From an uncultured Prevotellaceae bacterium (GTDB taxonomy: Bacteria > Bacteroidota > Bacteroidia > Bacteroidales > Bacteroidaceae): a DNA stretch of 64,000 bases. Below are positions 9,573 to 19,317 of this stretch, piece after piece. Position numbers and translations under genes: made by a program. The stretch lies in the NCBI GenBank assembly GCA_946185225.1, contig CAMHIM010000001.1, positions 805 through 64,804 on the forward strand, read 5' to 3'. Every line of letters begins with the position of its first letter. Position 1 is the stretch's first letter. The notes under the pieces were generated by a model. It had not been told where the DNA came from and made no database searches. It saw nothing but the letters and a program-made list of their open reading frames with translations.

Positions 9573-10229
9573 CTACCAGCTGAGTTTCTCTTTCAGGTAG
9601 TCCTGAAACTGTTCTATGCGCGACTTTGCAGCGGTGCTCTTCATGCGCCGCTGTACTTTTTTGTGGTCTACCCCCAGCTCCTCCTGCCAGATGGGCTTGG
9701 TGTTGCTGGTGACAATGTCGGCCAGTTCCAGTTCCAGCTTTGGCACGTGTGTGCTGTCGTCCGGACGGTAGGGAACGGTGAAGCCGTCCAGTTTCTCGAC
9801 AATGACGGGGGCTATTCCCTGGGCAATCATGCCGATGGCCTTCGCTGCGCCCCATGACAGGTCGATGATGCGTCCTTTTACAAACGGCCCGCGGTCAGTT
9901 ACGCGGACCACGACGCTGCGTTCTGTCGACAGGTTAGTCACGCGCAGCATCGTACCGAAAGGATAGGTGCGGTGGGCACACGTCAGCGAGTCATGGTGCA
10001 GTCGCTCCCCGCTGGCCGTCTTGTGTCCGGTGAACTTCCGGGGATAGAAGGAGGCTTTGCCGCTCTGGGTCTGGGCGTGAAGCCCCGCCTCCTGCACCTT
10101 ACTGTATGGAGAGGAGAGGTCACCCCGCGTCAGGAGCGAGGTGATTGAAGGGAAGAAGTTACCCCATGCCAGAAGCAAGGTAACCACTCCCCTCCATACA
10201 GGGTGGGGCAGGCGGCGGGGCTTTCTCAT
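9573..10229 (-). CDS. rlpA: Septal ring lytic transglycosylase RlpA family protein (DPBB domain)
   Basis: [48 protein letters not shown]. Confidence 0.9.
   Translation of the reverse strand: MRKPRRLPHPVWRGVVTLLLAWGNFFPSITSLLTRGDLSSPYSKVQEAGLHAQTQSGKASFYPRKFTGHKTASGERLHHDSLTCAHRTYPFGTMLRVTNLSTERSVVVRVTDRGPFVKGRIIDLSWGAAKAIGMIAQGIAPVIVEKLDGFTVPYRPDDSTHVPKLELELADIVTSNTKPIWQEELGVDHKKVQRRMKSTAAKSRIEQFQDYLKEKLSW
10080..10223. repeat. REP-like palindromic element within the 5' coding region of rlpA
   Basis: 37-bp arms at 10080-10116 and 10187-10223 are inverted copies (31/37 match); inner GTTACC/GGTAAC hairpin. Confidence 0.75.
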
Positions 10230-10231
10230 TA

Positions 10232-11569
10232 CTATACGATTCCTTGCGCCAGCATGGCCTTGGCAACCTTCATGAAGCCGGCCACGTTGGCACCCTTCAC
10301 GTAGTTGATGTATCCGTTAGGCTCCTTGCCATACTTCACGCACTGGCCGTGAATGCTCGACATGATGTGGTGCAGCCGCTGGTCGACCTCCTCGGCTGTC
10401 CACGACAGACGCATGGAGTTCTGGGTCATCTCCAGCCCCGAGGTAGCCACGCCGCCCGCATTGACGGCCTTGCCGGGAGCAAACAACATTCCTGCAGCCA
10501 CGAACTTCTCGGCGGCCTCGGCTGTGCAGCCCATGTTCGACACCTCGGCGACGCACAGCGGCTTGTGGGCCAGGATCTGGTCGGCGTCGGCACCATTCAG
10601 CTCGTTCTGCGTAGCACAGGGCAGATAGATGTCGGCCTCGCGCTCCCACGGCTTGCGGCCCTCGAAGAACTCGGCACCGTCAAACTCGTCGGCATAAGGC
10701 TGGCACACGTCGTTGCCCGAGGCACGCAGTTCCAGCATGTACTCTATCTTCTCTGCATCCAGCCCGGCAGGGTCGTAGATGTAACCGTCAGGACCGCTGA
10801 TGGTGATGACCTTGGCTCCCAGCTCGGTAGCCTTCTTGGCGGCACCCCAGGCCACGTTGCCGAAGCCCGACAGGGCCACCGTCTTGCCCTTGATGTCCAG
10901 TCCGTGCTCCGTGAGCATCTGGTTGACGAAGTACAGTGCGCCGTAGCCTGTAGCCTCCGGGCGCAGGATGCTGCCGCCCCATTCCATGCCCTTGCCTGTG
11001 AGCACGCCCTGGAACTGGTGGGTCAGCTTCTTGTATTGTCCGTACAGGAAGCCTATCTCGCGTGCACCTACACCGATGTCACCGGCAGGAACGTCCTCGT
11101 CCGGACCTATATGGCGGTAGAGTTCCGTCATGAATGCCTGGCAGAACTTCATGACCTCGTTGTCGCTCTTTCCGCGGATGCTGAAGTCTGCGCCGCCCTT
11201 GCCGCCGCCCATGGGCAGCGTGGTCAGCGCGTTCTTGAACGTCTGTTCAAAGCCGAGGAACTTCAGAATGCTGAGGTTTACCGACGGGTGGAAGCGCAGA
11301 CCACCCTTGTACGGGCCGATGGCGCTGTTGAACTGTACACGATAGCCCAGGTTCACCTGAACCTCGCCCTTGTCGTCCACCCAGGGCACACGGAACGTGA
11401 TGATGCGCTCCGGCTCAACGATACGCTCGATAATCTTGGCTTTCTCGAACTCGGGATGCTGGTTGTAGACGTCTTTTACTGATTCCAGAACCTCGCGTAC
11501 AGCCTGAAGGTACTCTGACTCGCCCGGATGCTTCTTCTCCAGGCTTTGCATGATTTTCTCAACTTCCAT
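10232..11569 (-). CDS. gdhB: Glutamate dehydrogenase, Bacteroides GdhB (NAD-specific) type
   Basis: [25 protein letters not shown] and RPEATGYG. The N-terminus [12 protein letters not shown] and the SGFGNV/ISGPDG motifs resemble B. fragilis GdhB rather than GdhA. Confidence 0.9.
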   Translation of the reverse strand: MEVEKIMQSLEKKHPGESEYLQAVREVLESVKDVYNQHPEFEKAKIIERIVEPERIITFRVPWVDDKGEVQVNLGYRVQFNSAIGPYKGGLRFHPSVNLSILKFLGFEQTFKNALTTLPMGGGKGGADFSIRGKSDNEVMKFCQAFMTELYRHIGPDEDVPAGDIGVGAREIGFLYGQYKKLTHQFQGVLTGKGMEWGGSILRPEATGYGALYFVNQMLTEHGLDIKGKTVALSGFGNVAWGAAKKATELGAKVITISGPDGYIYDPAGLDAEKIEYMLELRASGNDVCQPYADEFDGAEFFEGRKPWEREADIYLPCATQNELNGADADQILAHKPLCVAEVSNMGCTAEAAEKFVAAGMLFAPGKAVNAGGVATSGLEMTQNSMRLSWTAEEVDQRLHHIMSSIHGQCVKYGKEPNGYINYVKGANVAGFMKVAKAMLAQGIV

Positions 11570-11627
11570 AAGTATTATAGTTTTAGGTAAAAGGGTTGCT
11601 GCTTTTCATTTTGCTTGTTCAGCACGG

Positions 11628-11678
11628 CAAAAATAGGAAAATATTCGGCAACTTCCAAGGAAATTGCCGAATATTTTC
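11628..11678 (-). promoter_or_regulatory. metY terminator hairpin fused to the gdh promoter
   Basis: Perfect 15-bp stem GAAAATATTCGGCAA/TTGCCGAATATTTTC (11637-11678); minus-strand TATTTTTG at 11635-11628. Confidence 0.7.
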
Positions 11679-11698
11679 AACTTTTTACTTACAAAGTG

Positions 11699-12982
11699 TT
11701 AAATCTTGTCCAATGCCTGACGAATATCGTCGAGAATGTCCTCCACGTCCTCAATGCCTACGGAGAGACGGATGAGGTCCGGTGCAACGCCAGCTGCGCG
11801 CAGCTGTTCGTCAGAGAGCTGCCGGTGAGTGTGCGAGGCAGGGTGCAGCACACAGGTGCGTGCATCGGCTACGTGGGTCACGATGTTGATCATCTCCAGG
11901 GAGTCCATCCACTTGATGGCCGTCTCGCGAGTGCCCTTCAGTCCGAAGGCAATGACGCCGCAGGAGCCGTTCGGCAGGTACTTCTGACCTAAGGCATAGG
12001 CCTTGTCGTCAGGCAGCCCGCAGTAGTGGACCCAGGCCACCTTCTCGTTGTCGTGCAGGAATTCTGCCACTTTCTGGGCATTCTTGCAATGCTGCGCCAT
12101 GCGCAGGTGGAGCGTCTGCAGCCCCAGGTTCAGCAGGAAGGAGTTCTGCGGGGCGGGGATGGAGCCGAGGTCACGCATCAGCTGGGCCACGAGCTTCGTG
12201 GTGAAGCCCATCTTTCCGAAGGCCTTGACGTAGGTAAGTCCGTGGTATGACTCGTCGGGGGTGCAGAGGCCGGGAAACTTCTCGGCGTGAGCCAGCCAGT
12301 CGAAGTTGCCGCTGTCAACGACACAGCCGCCCACCTGGGTAGCCATGCCGTCCATGTACTTTGTGGTGGAGTGGGTGACGATGTCGGCTCCCCACTCGAA
12401 GGGGCGGCAGTTGATAGGGGTGGCGAAGGTATTGTCAACGATGAGGGGTACTCCGTTCCTGTGGGCAATGCGTGCAAACTTCTCTATGTCGAGCACCGCA
12501 CAGCCGGGGTTCGATATGGTCTCGCCGAACAGGGCTTTTGTGTTCGGACGGAAGGCTGCCTGGATTTCTTCCTCAGAAGCCTCTGGACTGACGAAGGTAC
12601 ACTCGATGCCAAGCTTCTTCAGAGTCACTCCGAAGAGGTTGAAAGTGCCGCCGTATATCTCGTTGGAGGTGACAATGTGGTCGCCGGCCTCGCAGATGTT
12701 GAACACGGCGTAGAAGTTTGCTGCCTGTCCCGAGGAGGTCAGTACGGCACCCACACCGCCCTCCAAGGCGGCTATCTTGGCTGCTACGGCATCGTTCGTC
12801 GGGTTCTGCAGACGGGTGTAGAAATAGCCTTCCTTCTCCAGGTCGAACAACTTTGCCATCTCGTCCGAGTCGTCGTACTTGAATGTGGTCGACTGAATGA
12901 TAGGTAATTCTATCGGTTCGCCGTTCTTGGCCTTGTAGCCCGCCTGGACGCAGAGCGAGCCTCTTCTGAGTTTCTGTTCCAT
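11699..12982 (-). CDS. metY: O-acetylhomoserine aminocarboxypropyltransferase / cysteine synthase family
   Basis: YTRLQNPT, TSSGQAA, IVDNTFATP, HSTTKY (PLP Lys), HPASHTH and IRLSVGIED. Confidence 0.9.
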   Translation of the reverse strand: MEQKLRRGSLCVQAGYKAKNGEPIELPIIQSTTFKYDDSDEMAKLFDLEKEGYFYTRLQNPTNDAVAAKIAALEGGVGAVLTSSGQAANFYAVFNICEAGDHIVTSNEIYGGTFNLFGVTLKKLGIECTFVSPEASEEEIQAAFRPNTKALFGETISNPGCAVLDIEKFARIAHRNGVPLIVDNTFATPINCRPFEWGADIVTHSTTKYMDGMATQVGGCVVDSGNFDWLAHAEKFPGLCTPDESYHGLTYVKAFGKMGFTTKLVAQLMRDLGSIPAPQNSFLLNLGLQTLHLRMAQHCKNAQKVAEFLHDNEKVAWVHYCGLPDDKAYALGQKYLPNGSCGVIAFGLKGTRETAIKWMDSLEMINIVTHVADARTCVLHPASHTHRQLSDEQLRAAGVAPDLIRLSVGIEDVEDILDDIRQALDKI

Positions 12983-13014
12983 GAATTGATGATGTTGAGT
13001 TTACGTTTGCGGCG

Positions 13015-13095
13015 CAAAGGTAAGGAAAAAGAGGTAACAGACCAAGCAAAAAATGAAGAAAAAGACCCGTAATTCAGGAATAATTGGTAATTTTG
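13015..13095. promoter_or_regulatory. Divergent sigma-A promoters (metY / CE12 esterase)
   Basis: Minus-strand TACCTTTG at 13022-13015; plus-strand TAATTTTG at 13088-13095. Confidence 0.6.
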
Positions 13096-13113
13096 CAGCC
13101 AAAAGCTATCTGA

Positions 13114-15246
13114 ATGAAACATATTGTCACCATTCTACTTATGCTTGCAGGGTTGACTGCCAGTGCACAGCAACTTGTCAACGAAAACGTCTTCAAGGAC
13201 ATCACCAAGCTGGCCGATGTGCGACAGAACCGTTTTACCAGACCCTCGCCGGCTGGCAAGACCCGCAAGTCAGGCAAGCCGGTCGTCTTTTATATAGGCG
13301 ACTCCACCATGCGTAACGGCACGGCCGGCAACGGCTGGAACGGCGAATGGGGCTATGGGCTGTTTGCCCAGCAGTGGTTCGATGCCGACCGCCTCGTGGT
13401 CGAGAACCACGCCCTCGGCGGCACCTCGTCACGTACCTACTATAATTACGAGTGGCCTACGGTGAAGGCTGGCATCCAAGAGGGCGACTACGTCGTCATC
13501 TCCTTCGGTCATAACGATGGTGGCAGCAACTGGGAGACAAAGTCGGTCATCGGAGGTACGTCGGCTACCGACACCCGTGTAGTAACCAACAATAAAGGCG
13601 TAGAAGAGACTGTTTATAGCTTCGGACAATACATGCGTATGTTCATTGACGAGGTGCGTGCCCTCGGAGCCATCCCCATTCTCTGTTCGCGTACGCCGCG
13701 TGGCAGCTTCTCGAACGGCCAGTTGGGCATGGACAACAACTACCGGCAGTGGGGCAAGACGGTGGCCGAGGAGAAGGACGTCTCCTACATCGACCTGGAG
13801 GGGGTGGCTAACCCCATCTACAGTGCCTATGGCGAGTGGAAGACCACGCAGCTCTATCGCAACGGAACGCTTCATACCAGTCTGCTTGGGGCATGGCACA
13901 ATGCTTACTGTGCTGCCATGGCCATTGCCGCTGACACGCAGAATCCCCTGCATCAGTATCTGCTTGACACGACGCCGCCCTGCCTCACCGTCAGCCGGAC
14001 GGCAGGAAAGCCATATACCTTCACGGTGGGTGGCAGCGATATGAGTGCGCGACTGGCCTTCAACTCTGGTCGGTGGTGTCTTGTGTATAACACGCTGGAG
14101 AAGGGAGACACCGTACGCTTTGTCTTTGGTGACAACGAGTTGACAAGCACTACCGCCGGCAGCGAGATGGGCTGTCTGCAGTCGGCCGGCGAATCGCAGG
14201 AAATGCAACAGATGAGTGCTACCAGCCGATGGGAACTCGTCGGTAGCTATGGCTGGTACATTCACTACTTCGTCAACGACTGTAAGGAGAAAGGGGCCGT
14301 TGCCGTGCTTGTCAATCAGGACGACACGACTCCCGAAACCGTGGCTACCTGGAACAAACAGCTTGCAAACAGCCATGGCGCAGTGTTGTCGTGGCTCGAT
14401 GCTGACGGTCTTCCCAAGACGCCAGAGGAGCCGGACGACCCGAAGCCGGACGACTCAGGGAAACGGATTCTCCTTCAGTACGACTTCGAATCGGGTACGG
14501 CTACCGACTATTGGAAGCGTGGCAACGGCTATCTGGTGACACCTTCCTTCAGCGGCAGCACTGGGGTGGCCGCCAGCGTGAAGAGTGCCAGCGACCGGGC
14601 TGACTACATCCAGACGGATGCCGACTTCACTGGGTTGAAGACTTACTCTGTGGACTTGGACCTGGCCATCAGCAAAGACAACAAGACGGCCTACTTTGCC
14701 GTCATGAGTCAGTCGGCCTCCGAGATTGCCAACAACTGGGGATGGTTCTGGGTAACGACAAGTGCAGAAGTCCACAACCCATACCTGTTCGAGTTGACCA
14801 TCCCCAGCGGCACTACCGCTATCGTCAACGAACAGATTGTCGAAGGACAGTCGGAACGGGGCAGCGACGGCACATGGTCGTTTACGGCGCAGAACTGGTA
14901 TCACCTGACACTCGACGTTGATATAGAGAGTACATCCGTGGACTACACCATCAGCGACAAGGCCACCGGGCAGAAGGTCCTCGACGGCACCTACACACTC
15001 CGTGAGGGCGAGAGCGCGCTCGTCAAGGGCATCTATGAGCGTAACAACCGCTATAACTACGATCCTGGAACCATCCTTGTCGACAATGTCGTCATCAGCA
15101 CGGCAGAGACTGTCAATACGGGTATTGTCATTGTGACACCGCAGCGTACCGATGCTGCCGTATACGACTTGCAGGGACGGCGGGTGACGAAGACCCCGAA
15201 ACGCGGACTTTACATCGTTGGTGGCAAGAAACAGCTTCTAAAATAA
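13114..15246 (+). CDS. Rhamnogalacturonan acetylesterase-like SGNH hydrolase (CE12-like) with beta-sandwich domain and secretion C-terminal tail
   Basis: IGDSTM, NHALGGTSSRTY and ISFGHNDGG; degenerate second SGNH remnant; C-terminal TGI..VYDLQGRRV..GLYIVGGKK. Confidence 0.8.
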   Translation: MKHIVTILLMLAGLTASAQQLVNENVFKDITKLADVRQNRFTRPSPAGKTRKSGKPVVFYIGDSTMRNGTAGNGWNGEWGYGLFAQQWFDADRLVVENHALGGTSSRTYYNYEWPTVKAGIQEGDYVVISFGHNDGGSNWETKSVIGGTSATDTRVVTNNKGVEETVYSFGQYMRMFIDEVRALGAIPILCSRTPRGSFSNGQLGMDNNYRQWGKTVAEEKDVSYIDLEGVANPIYSAYGEWKTTQLYRNGTLHTSLLGAWHNAYCAAMAIAADTQNPLHQYLLDTTPPCLTVSRTAGKPYTFTVGGSDMSARLAFNSGRWCLVYNTLEKGDTVRFVFGDNELTSTTAGSEMGCLQSAGESQEMQQMSATSRWELVGSYGWYIHYFVNDCKEKGAVAVLVNQDDTTPETVATWNKQLANSHGAVLSWLDADGLPKTPEEPDDPKPDDSGKRILLQYDFESGTATDYWKRGNGYLVTPSFSGSTGVAASVKSASDRADYIQTDADFTGLKTYSVDLDLAISKDNKTAYFAVMSQSASEIANNWGWFWVTTSAEVHNPYLFELTIPSGTTAIVNEQIVEGQSERGSDGTWSFTAQNWYHLTLDVDIESTSVDYTISDKATGQKVLDGTYTLREGESALVKGIYERNNRYNYDPGTILVDNVVISTAETVNTGIVIVTPQRTDAAVYDLQGRRVTKTPKRGLYIVGGKKQLLK

Positions 15247-18200
15247 TGCTTCACATGGAAGAAAACAATATACCACAGGAGTGGAACAAATTCTACCTGA
15301 AGGACGTGTCGTTTGTCAATCTGATGACGCGGCGAATCTTCAATGTCCTCATCGTGGCCAATCCCTATGACGCCTTCATGCTGGAGGACGACGGTCGCGT
15401 GGATGAGAAGATATTTGACGAGTACATGGAACTTGGCATGCGCTATCCGCCTACCTTCACCCAGGTGTCGACAACCGACGAGGCTACCGGGGTGATGAGC
15501 ACGATGGACATTGACCTGGTCATCTGTATGCCCGGTAATGCCGACAACGACGCCTTTGCCGTAGCCCGTGAGGTGAAACAGTCACACCCGGACATTCCCT
15601 GTGTGGTGCTCACCCCCTTCTCGCACGGCATCACCAAGCGTATTGAGAACGAGGACATGTCGGTCTTCGATTATGTGTTCTGCTGGCTGGGCAACACCAA
15701 CCTTATCCTCTCTATCATCAAGTTGATAGAGGACAAGATGAACATCGAGCACGACATCAAGGAGGCCGGTGTGCAGATGATTCTGCTGGTTGAGGACAAT
15801 ATTCGCTTCTACTCCAGCGTGCTGCCTAACCTGTATAACTATATCCTTGCACAGTCGAAACGTTTCTCCACCGAGGCACTGAACCCCCATGCGGCCGCTC
15901 AACGCAAGCGCGGCCGTCCGAAGGTGGTGCTGGCCACGAACTACGAGGAGGCCATGCTGCTTTACGAGAAGTATCACGAGAATACATTAGGCGTCATCAG
16001 CGATACGCGCTTCCCGATGAAGACAGTACCGGGACGCCTGTCACATGTCGAAGAAGGAGACCCGGAGGCCGGTCTGAAACTGCTCCGTGAGATACGGCGG
16101 CGTGACGAGTACGTCCCCCTTATCCTGGATTCCAGCGAGATAATTAACAGGGAAAAGGCCAGCGCTGAAGGCTTCCATTTCGTGGACAAGAACTCCAAGA
16201 AGATGAATGTAGACCTGCGCCGGTTACTGGAGGAACATATGGGTTTCGGTGACTTTATCTTCCGTGACCCGGCAACACGTCAGGAAGTGGCACGCGTGTC
16301 GTCGCTCAAGGAACTGCAGGACAACATTTTCAAGATTCCTGCCGACTCGCTCTCACGCCACATCCGGCGTAACCACATGAGCCGCTGGCTCTGTGCGCGT
16401 GCCATCTTCCCCGTCTCGCAGTTCCTGAAACACGTCACGTGGCACAAGCTTCAGGATGTCGATGCCCACAGGCAGATAATATTCGATGCCATTGTACAGT
16501 ACCGTCGCTTGAAGAACATCGGCATTGTGGCCGTCTTCGACCGCTTCAAGTTCGATCGCTATGCCCACTTCGCACGTATCGGCGAAGGCTCACTGGGCGG
16601 CAAGGGGCGTGGCCTGGCATTCCTGGACAGCATTATCAAGCGCCATCCCGAACTGAACCAGTTTCCCGAGGTTTCCGTCGGTATACCGAAAACGGTAGTG
16701 CTTTGTACCGACCTTTTTGATGAGTTCATGGACAACAACAATCTTTGGGGAATTGCACTCAGCGATGCCTCGGACGAGGAGATACTTGCTGCCTTCATGA
16801 AGGCACAGCTGCCTGACTCGCTGATAGCTGATTTCTTCACCTTCTTCGATGCAGTCAAGTCACCCATCGCCATCCGTTCCTCATCGCTGCTGGAAGATAG
16901 CCACTACCAGCCTTTTGCGGGTATCTATAGTACCTACATGATACCTTATCTGGAGGACCGCTACGAGATGCTCCGCATGCTGGCCTGTGCCATCAAGGCC
17001 GTTTACGCCTCTGTCTATTACCATGACTCCAAGGCATACATGACGGCAACGCAGAACGTCATTGACCAGGAGAAGATGGCAGTCATCCTGCAGGAAGTGG
17101 TAGGTAAGCAGTATGGTGACCGCTTCTATCCCAACTTCTCCGGTGTGCTACGCTCACTGAACTACTACCCCATTGGTGACGAGACGGCCGAAGAGGGTAT
17201 TGCATCGCTGGCTCTCGGACTGGGAAAGTATATCGTAGACGGCGGACAGACGCTGCGCGTCTCCCCCTATCATCCTACACAGGTGCTGCAGACCAGTGAG
17301 ATGGAGACGGCCCTGCGTGACACGCAGACACGATTCTATGCGCTGGACATGACCCATGTGGGTGATGACTTTAAGGTAGACGATGGCTTCAACATCAAGT
17401 CGCTTCGGGTAAAGGAGGCTGACAAGGACGGCTCATTGAACTATCTCGCGTCTACTTTCGACCCTGTTGATCAGGTCATCCGTGACGGCATCTATGAGGG
17501 AGGACGTAAGATTATCTCTTTCTGCGGTGTGCTGAAGCAAGGCGTGTTCCCGCTCCCGGAGATACTGCAGATGGTGCAGCGCTGTGGCGCGGAGGGCATG
17601 AAACGCCCAGTGGAGATAGAGTTCGCGTGTAACATTGGAAAGAATGAGGAGGGCCGGGTGACGGGAGACTTCTTCCTCCTGCAGATACGTCCTATTGTCG
17701 ATTCCAAGCAGGTGCTGGAAGAGGACCTCCTTCAATTGTCTGACGAGCAGTGCCTGTTGCGCTCCCATAATTCGCTGGGACATGGCATCTCGGAGGACGT
17801 TACTGATGTCGTCTATGTCAAGGCCGGCGATGACTTCACTGCCGCCAACAATCCGGCGATAGCCCGTGAGATAGAGACCATCAACCAGCATTTCCTGGAC
17901 GAGGGACGCTCCTACGTGCTCATCGGTCCTGGCCGATGGGGCTCGAGCGACTACTGGCTGGGCATTCCTGTCAAGTGGCCCCATATCTCGGCAGCCCGCG
18001 TCATTGTGGAGTCAGGACTGAAGAACTATCATGTGGACCCATCCCAGGGTACGCACTTCTTCCAGAACCTCACCTCGTTCGGCGTAGGCTACTTTACGGT
18101 GAATACTTACACGGGTGACGGAGTCTTCCAAAAGGAGATTCTCGACGTCATGCCAGCCATCGAGGAGACAGAACATGTGCGGCACGTGCGCTTCGAACAC

Positions 18201-18266
18201 CCACTGAAAATCATGATGGACGGCAAGAAACAGGAAGGTGTCGTGCTACTGCCCGCCGAGACGTGA
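15246..18266 (+). CDS. PEP/pyruvate-binding (PPDK_N) domain protein with receiver-like N-terminal domains
   Basis: ILLVEDNIRFYS; GSLGGKGRGLAF; IAIRSSSLLEDSHYQPFAGIY; EKMAVILQEVVG; LLQIRP; GPGRWGSSD; SQGTHFFQN. Confidence 0.85.
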   Translation: MLHMEENNIPQEWNKFYLKDVSFVNLMTRRIFNVLIVANPYDAFMLEDDGRVDEKIFDEYMELGMRYPPTFTQVSTTDEATGVMSTMDIDLVICMPGNADNDAFAVAREVKQSHPDIPCVVLTPFSHGITKRIENEDMSVFDYVFCWLGNTNLILSIIKLIEDKMNIEHDIKEAGVQMILLVEDNIRFYSSVLPNLYNYILAQSKRFSTEALNPHAAAQRKRGRPKVVLATNYEEAMLLYEKYHENTLGVISDTRFPMKTVPGRLSHVEEGDPEAGLKLLREIRRRDEYVPLILDSSEIINREKASAEGFHFVDKNSKKMNVDLRRLLEEHMGFGDFIFRDPATRQEVARVSSLKELQDNIFKIPADSLSRHIRRNHMSRWLCARAIFPVSQFLKHVTWHKLQDVDAHRQIIFDAIVQYRRLKNIGIVAVFDRFKFDRYAHFARIGEGSLGGKGRGLAFLDSIIKRHPELNQFPEVSVGIPKTVVLCTDLFDEFMDNNNLWGIALSDASDEEILAAFMKAQLPDSLIADFFTFFDAVKSPIAIRSSSLLEDSHYQPFAGIYSTYMIPYLEDRYEMLRMLACAIKAVYASVYYHDSKAYMTATQNVIDQEKMAVILQEVVGKQYGDRFYPNFSGVLRSLNYYPIGDETAEEGIASLALGLGKYIVDGGQTLRVSPYHPTQVLQTSEMETALRDTQTRFYALDMTHVGDDFKVDDGFNIKSLRVKEADKDGSLNYLASTFDPVDQVIRDGIYEGGRKIISFCGVLKQGVFPLPEILQMVQRCGAEGMKRPVEIEFACNIGKNEEGRVTGDFFLLQIRPIVDSKQVLEEDLLQLSDEQCLLRSHNSLGHGISEDVTDVVYVKAGDDFTAANNPAIAREIETINQHFLDEGRSYVLIGPGRWGSSDYWLGIPVKWPHISAARVIVESGLKNYHVDPSQGTHFFQNLTSFGVGYFTVNTYTGDGVFQKEILDVMPAIEETEHVRHVRFEHPLKIMMDGKKQEGVVLLPAET

Positions 18267-19214
18267 GAAGTATTCAATGATGTCTTCCCATGTCTTGAAC
18301 GTATCGGAACCATATTCCAGGAGGGTGGCCATGGTGTCGCCCTCCTTTTTCTTGCTGATGAGATAGTCACCGTAGAGCAGGTCGCGGCGTGGAGTGCAGA
18401 TGGCGTGATGCCAGGCAGGTACGTTGATGTACTCCTCGAGCCAGGCAGTTGAGTCCTCCTCGCCGACAAAGTAGACCTGATAGTGCTCTATGAGGATGCG
18501 AACGGCTTTCTGGCTACTGGCCGTCGGTTTGTCATAGGCGTCCTTCATCGTTTCTGTGCCTATATAGATGATGGGGCGCTCACGCTTCTCCTGCCGGTCG
18601 TCAATCCACCGGATGACGGGAACCACACTGTGCATAAAACTGCTGTCGTCCATGCGGTGCTCACCATGGAAGTGGATGGCCTGCGAGTAAATGTCGCGGA
18701 ACATGTCGTACGTGTCCACGGTGGTGTCCCTGTCGCCGAAGAGACCGTAAACACGTTGGCGGTCGGCATCGTCGACATCCTTGAAGCGTTGCTCGGACTG
18801 TTCCCGATACTCCTTGATAAGTGCCTTGTCTACGTAGAACTCCTGCACGCCGTCTTGACGGGGATTTTGGAACTGCTGTGTGCCAGTCATGCCGTGCGCC
18901 TTCATGGTCTCGCCCATTTCCAGGGCAGGATTGACACAGATGCGGTCGAATCCTCTCAGTTGTTCAGTATACATGCCGCCCATGGATGTCCCCAGAATGA
19001 GGTCGGGATGCTCTGTTGCGCAGAGCTGGCGCAGCAGGGTGATGGCTTCCTGCGGATGGACCGGCAGGTCGGGGGCTATGATGCGTGTCTTCGGGAATAC
19101 GGTGCGGAGGCGGCTGACGGTGCCTGACTGTCCGCTGCTGGCGAAACCGTGCGCGTAGAGCAGGGTCTTTCCAGCCAGTAGGTCAGGGTATTGCTTGATG
19201 TATGGATTCTCCAT
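18246..19214 (-). CDS. YqiA/UPF0227 alpha/beta hydrolase fused to a degenerate 5'(3')-deoxyribonucleotidase-like domain
   Basis: YAHGFASSG, GTSMGG, NPA and FHGEH; C-terminal RRDLLYGDYLI...F..WEDIIEY; ATG at 19214 after a minus-strand TATCTTTG at 19248-19241. Confidence 0.8.
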   Translation of the reverse strand: MENPYIKQYPDLLAGKTLLYAHGFASSGQSGTVSRLRTVFPKTRIIAPDLPVHPQEAITLLRQLCATEHPDLILGTSMGGMYTEQLRGFDRICVNPALEMGETMKAHGMTGTQQFQNPRQDGVQEFYVDKALIKEYREQSEQRFKDVDDADRQRVYGLFGDRDTTVDTYDMFRDIYSQAIHFHGEHRMDDSSFMHSVVPVIRWIDDRQEKRERPIIYIGTETMKDAYDKPTASSQKAVRILIEHYQVYFVGEEDSTAWLEEYINVPAWHHAICTPRRDLLYGDYLISKKKEGDTMATLLEYGSDTFKTWEDIIEYFSRLGGQ

Positions 19215-19317
19215 GATAGTGTATGTCTCTTTTCTTGGTGCAAAGATAGTTTTTTTTCTGGTTTTCCCTTGCCGTTTCACCTTTTTTTATTATATTTGCC
19301 GCATCAACGACAAAAAA

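Noticed and set aside
12983-13022. SAM or other riboswitch upstream of metY
   Set aside because: Only about 30 nt separate the promoter box from the ATG, and no aptamer motif is visible.
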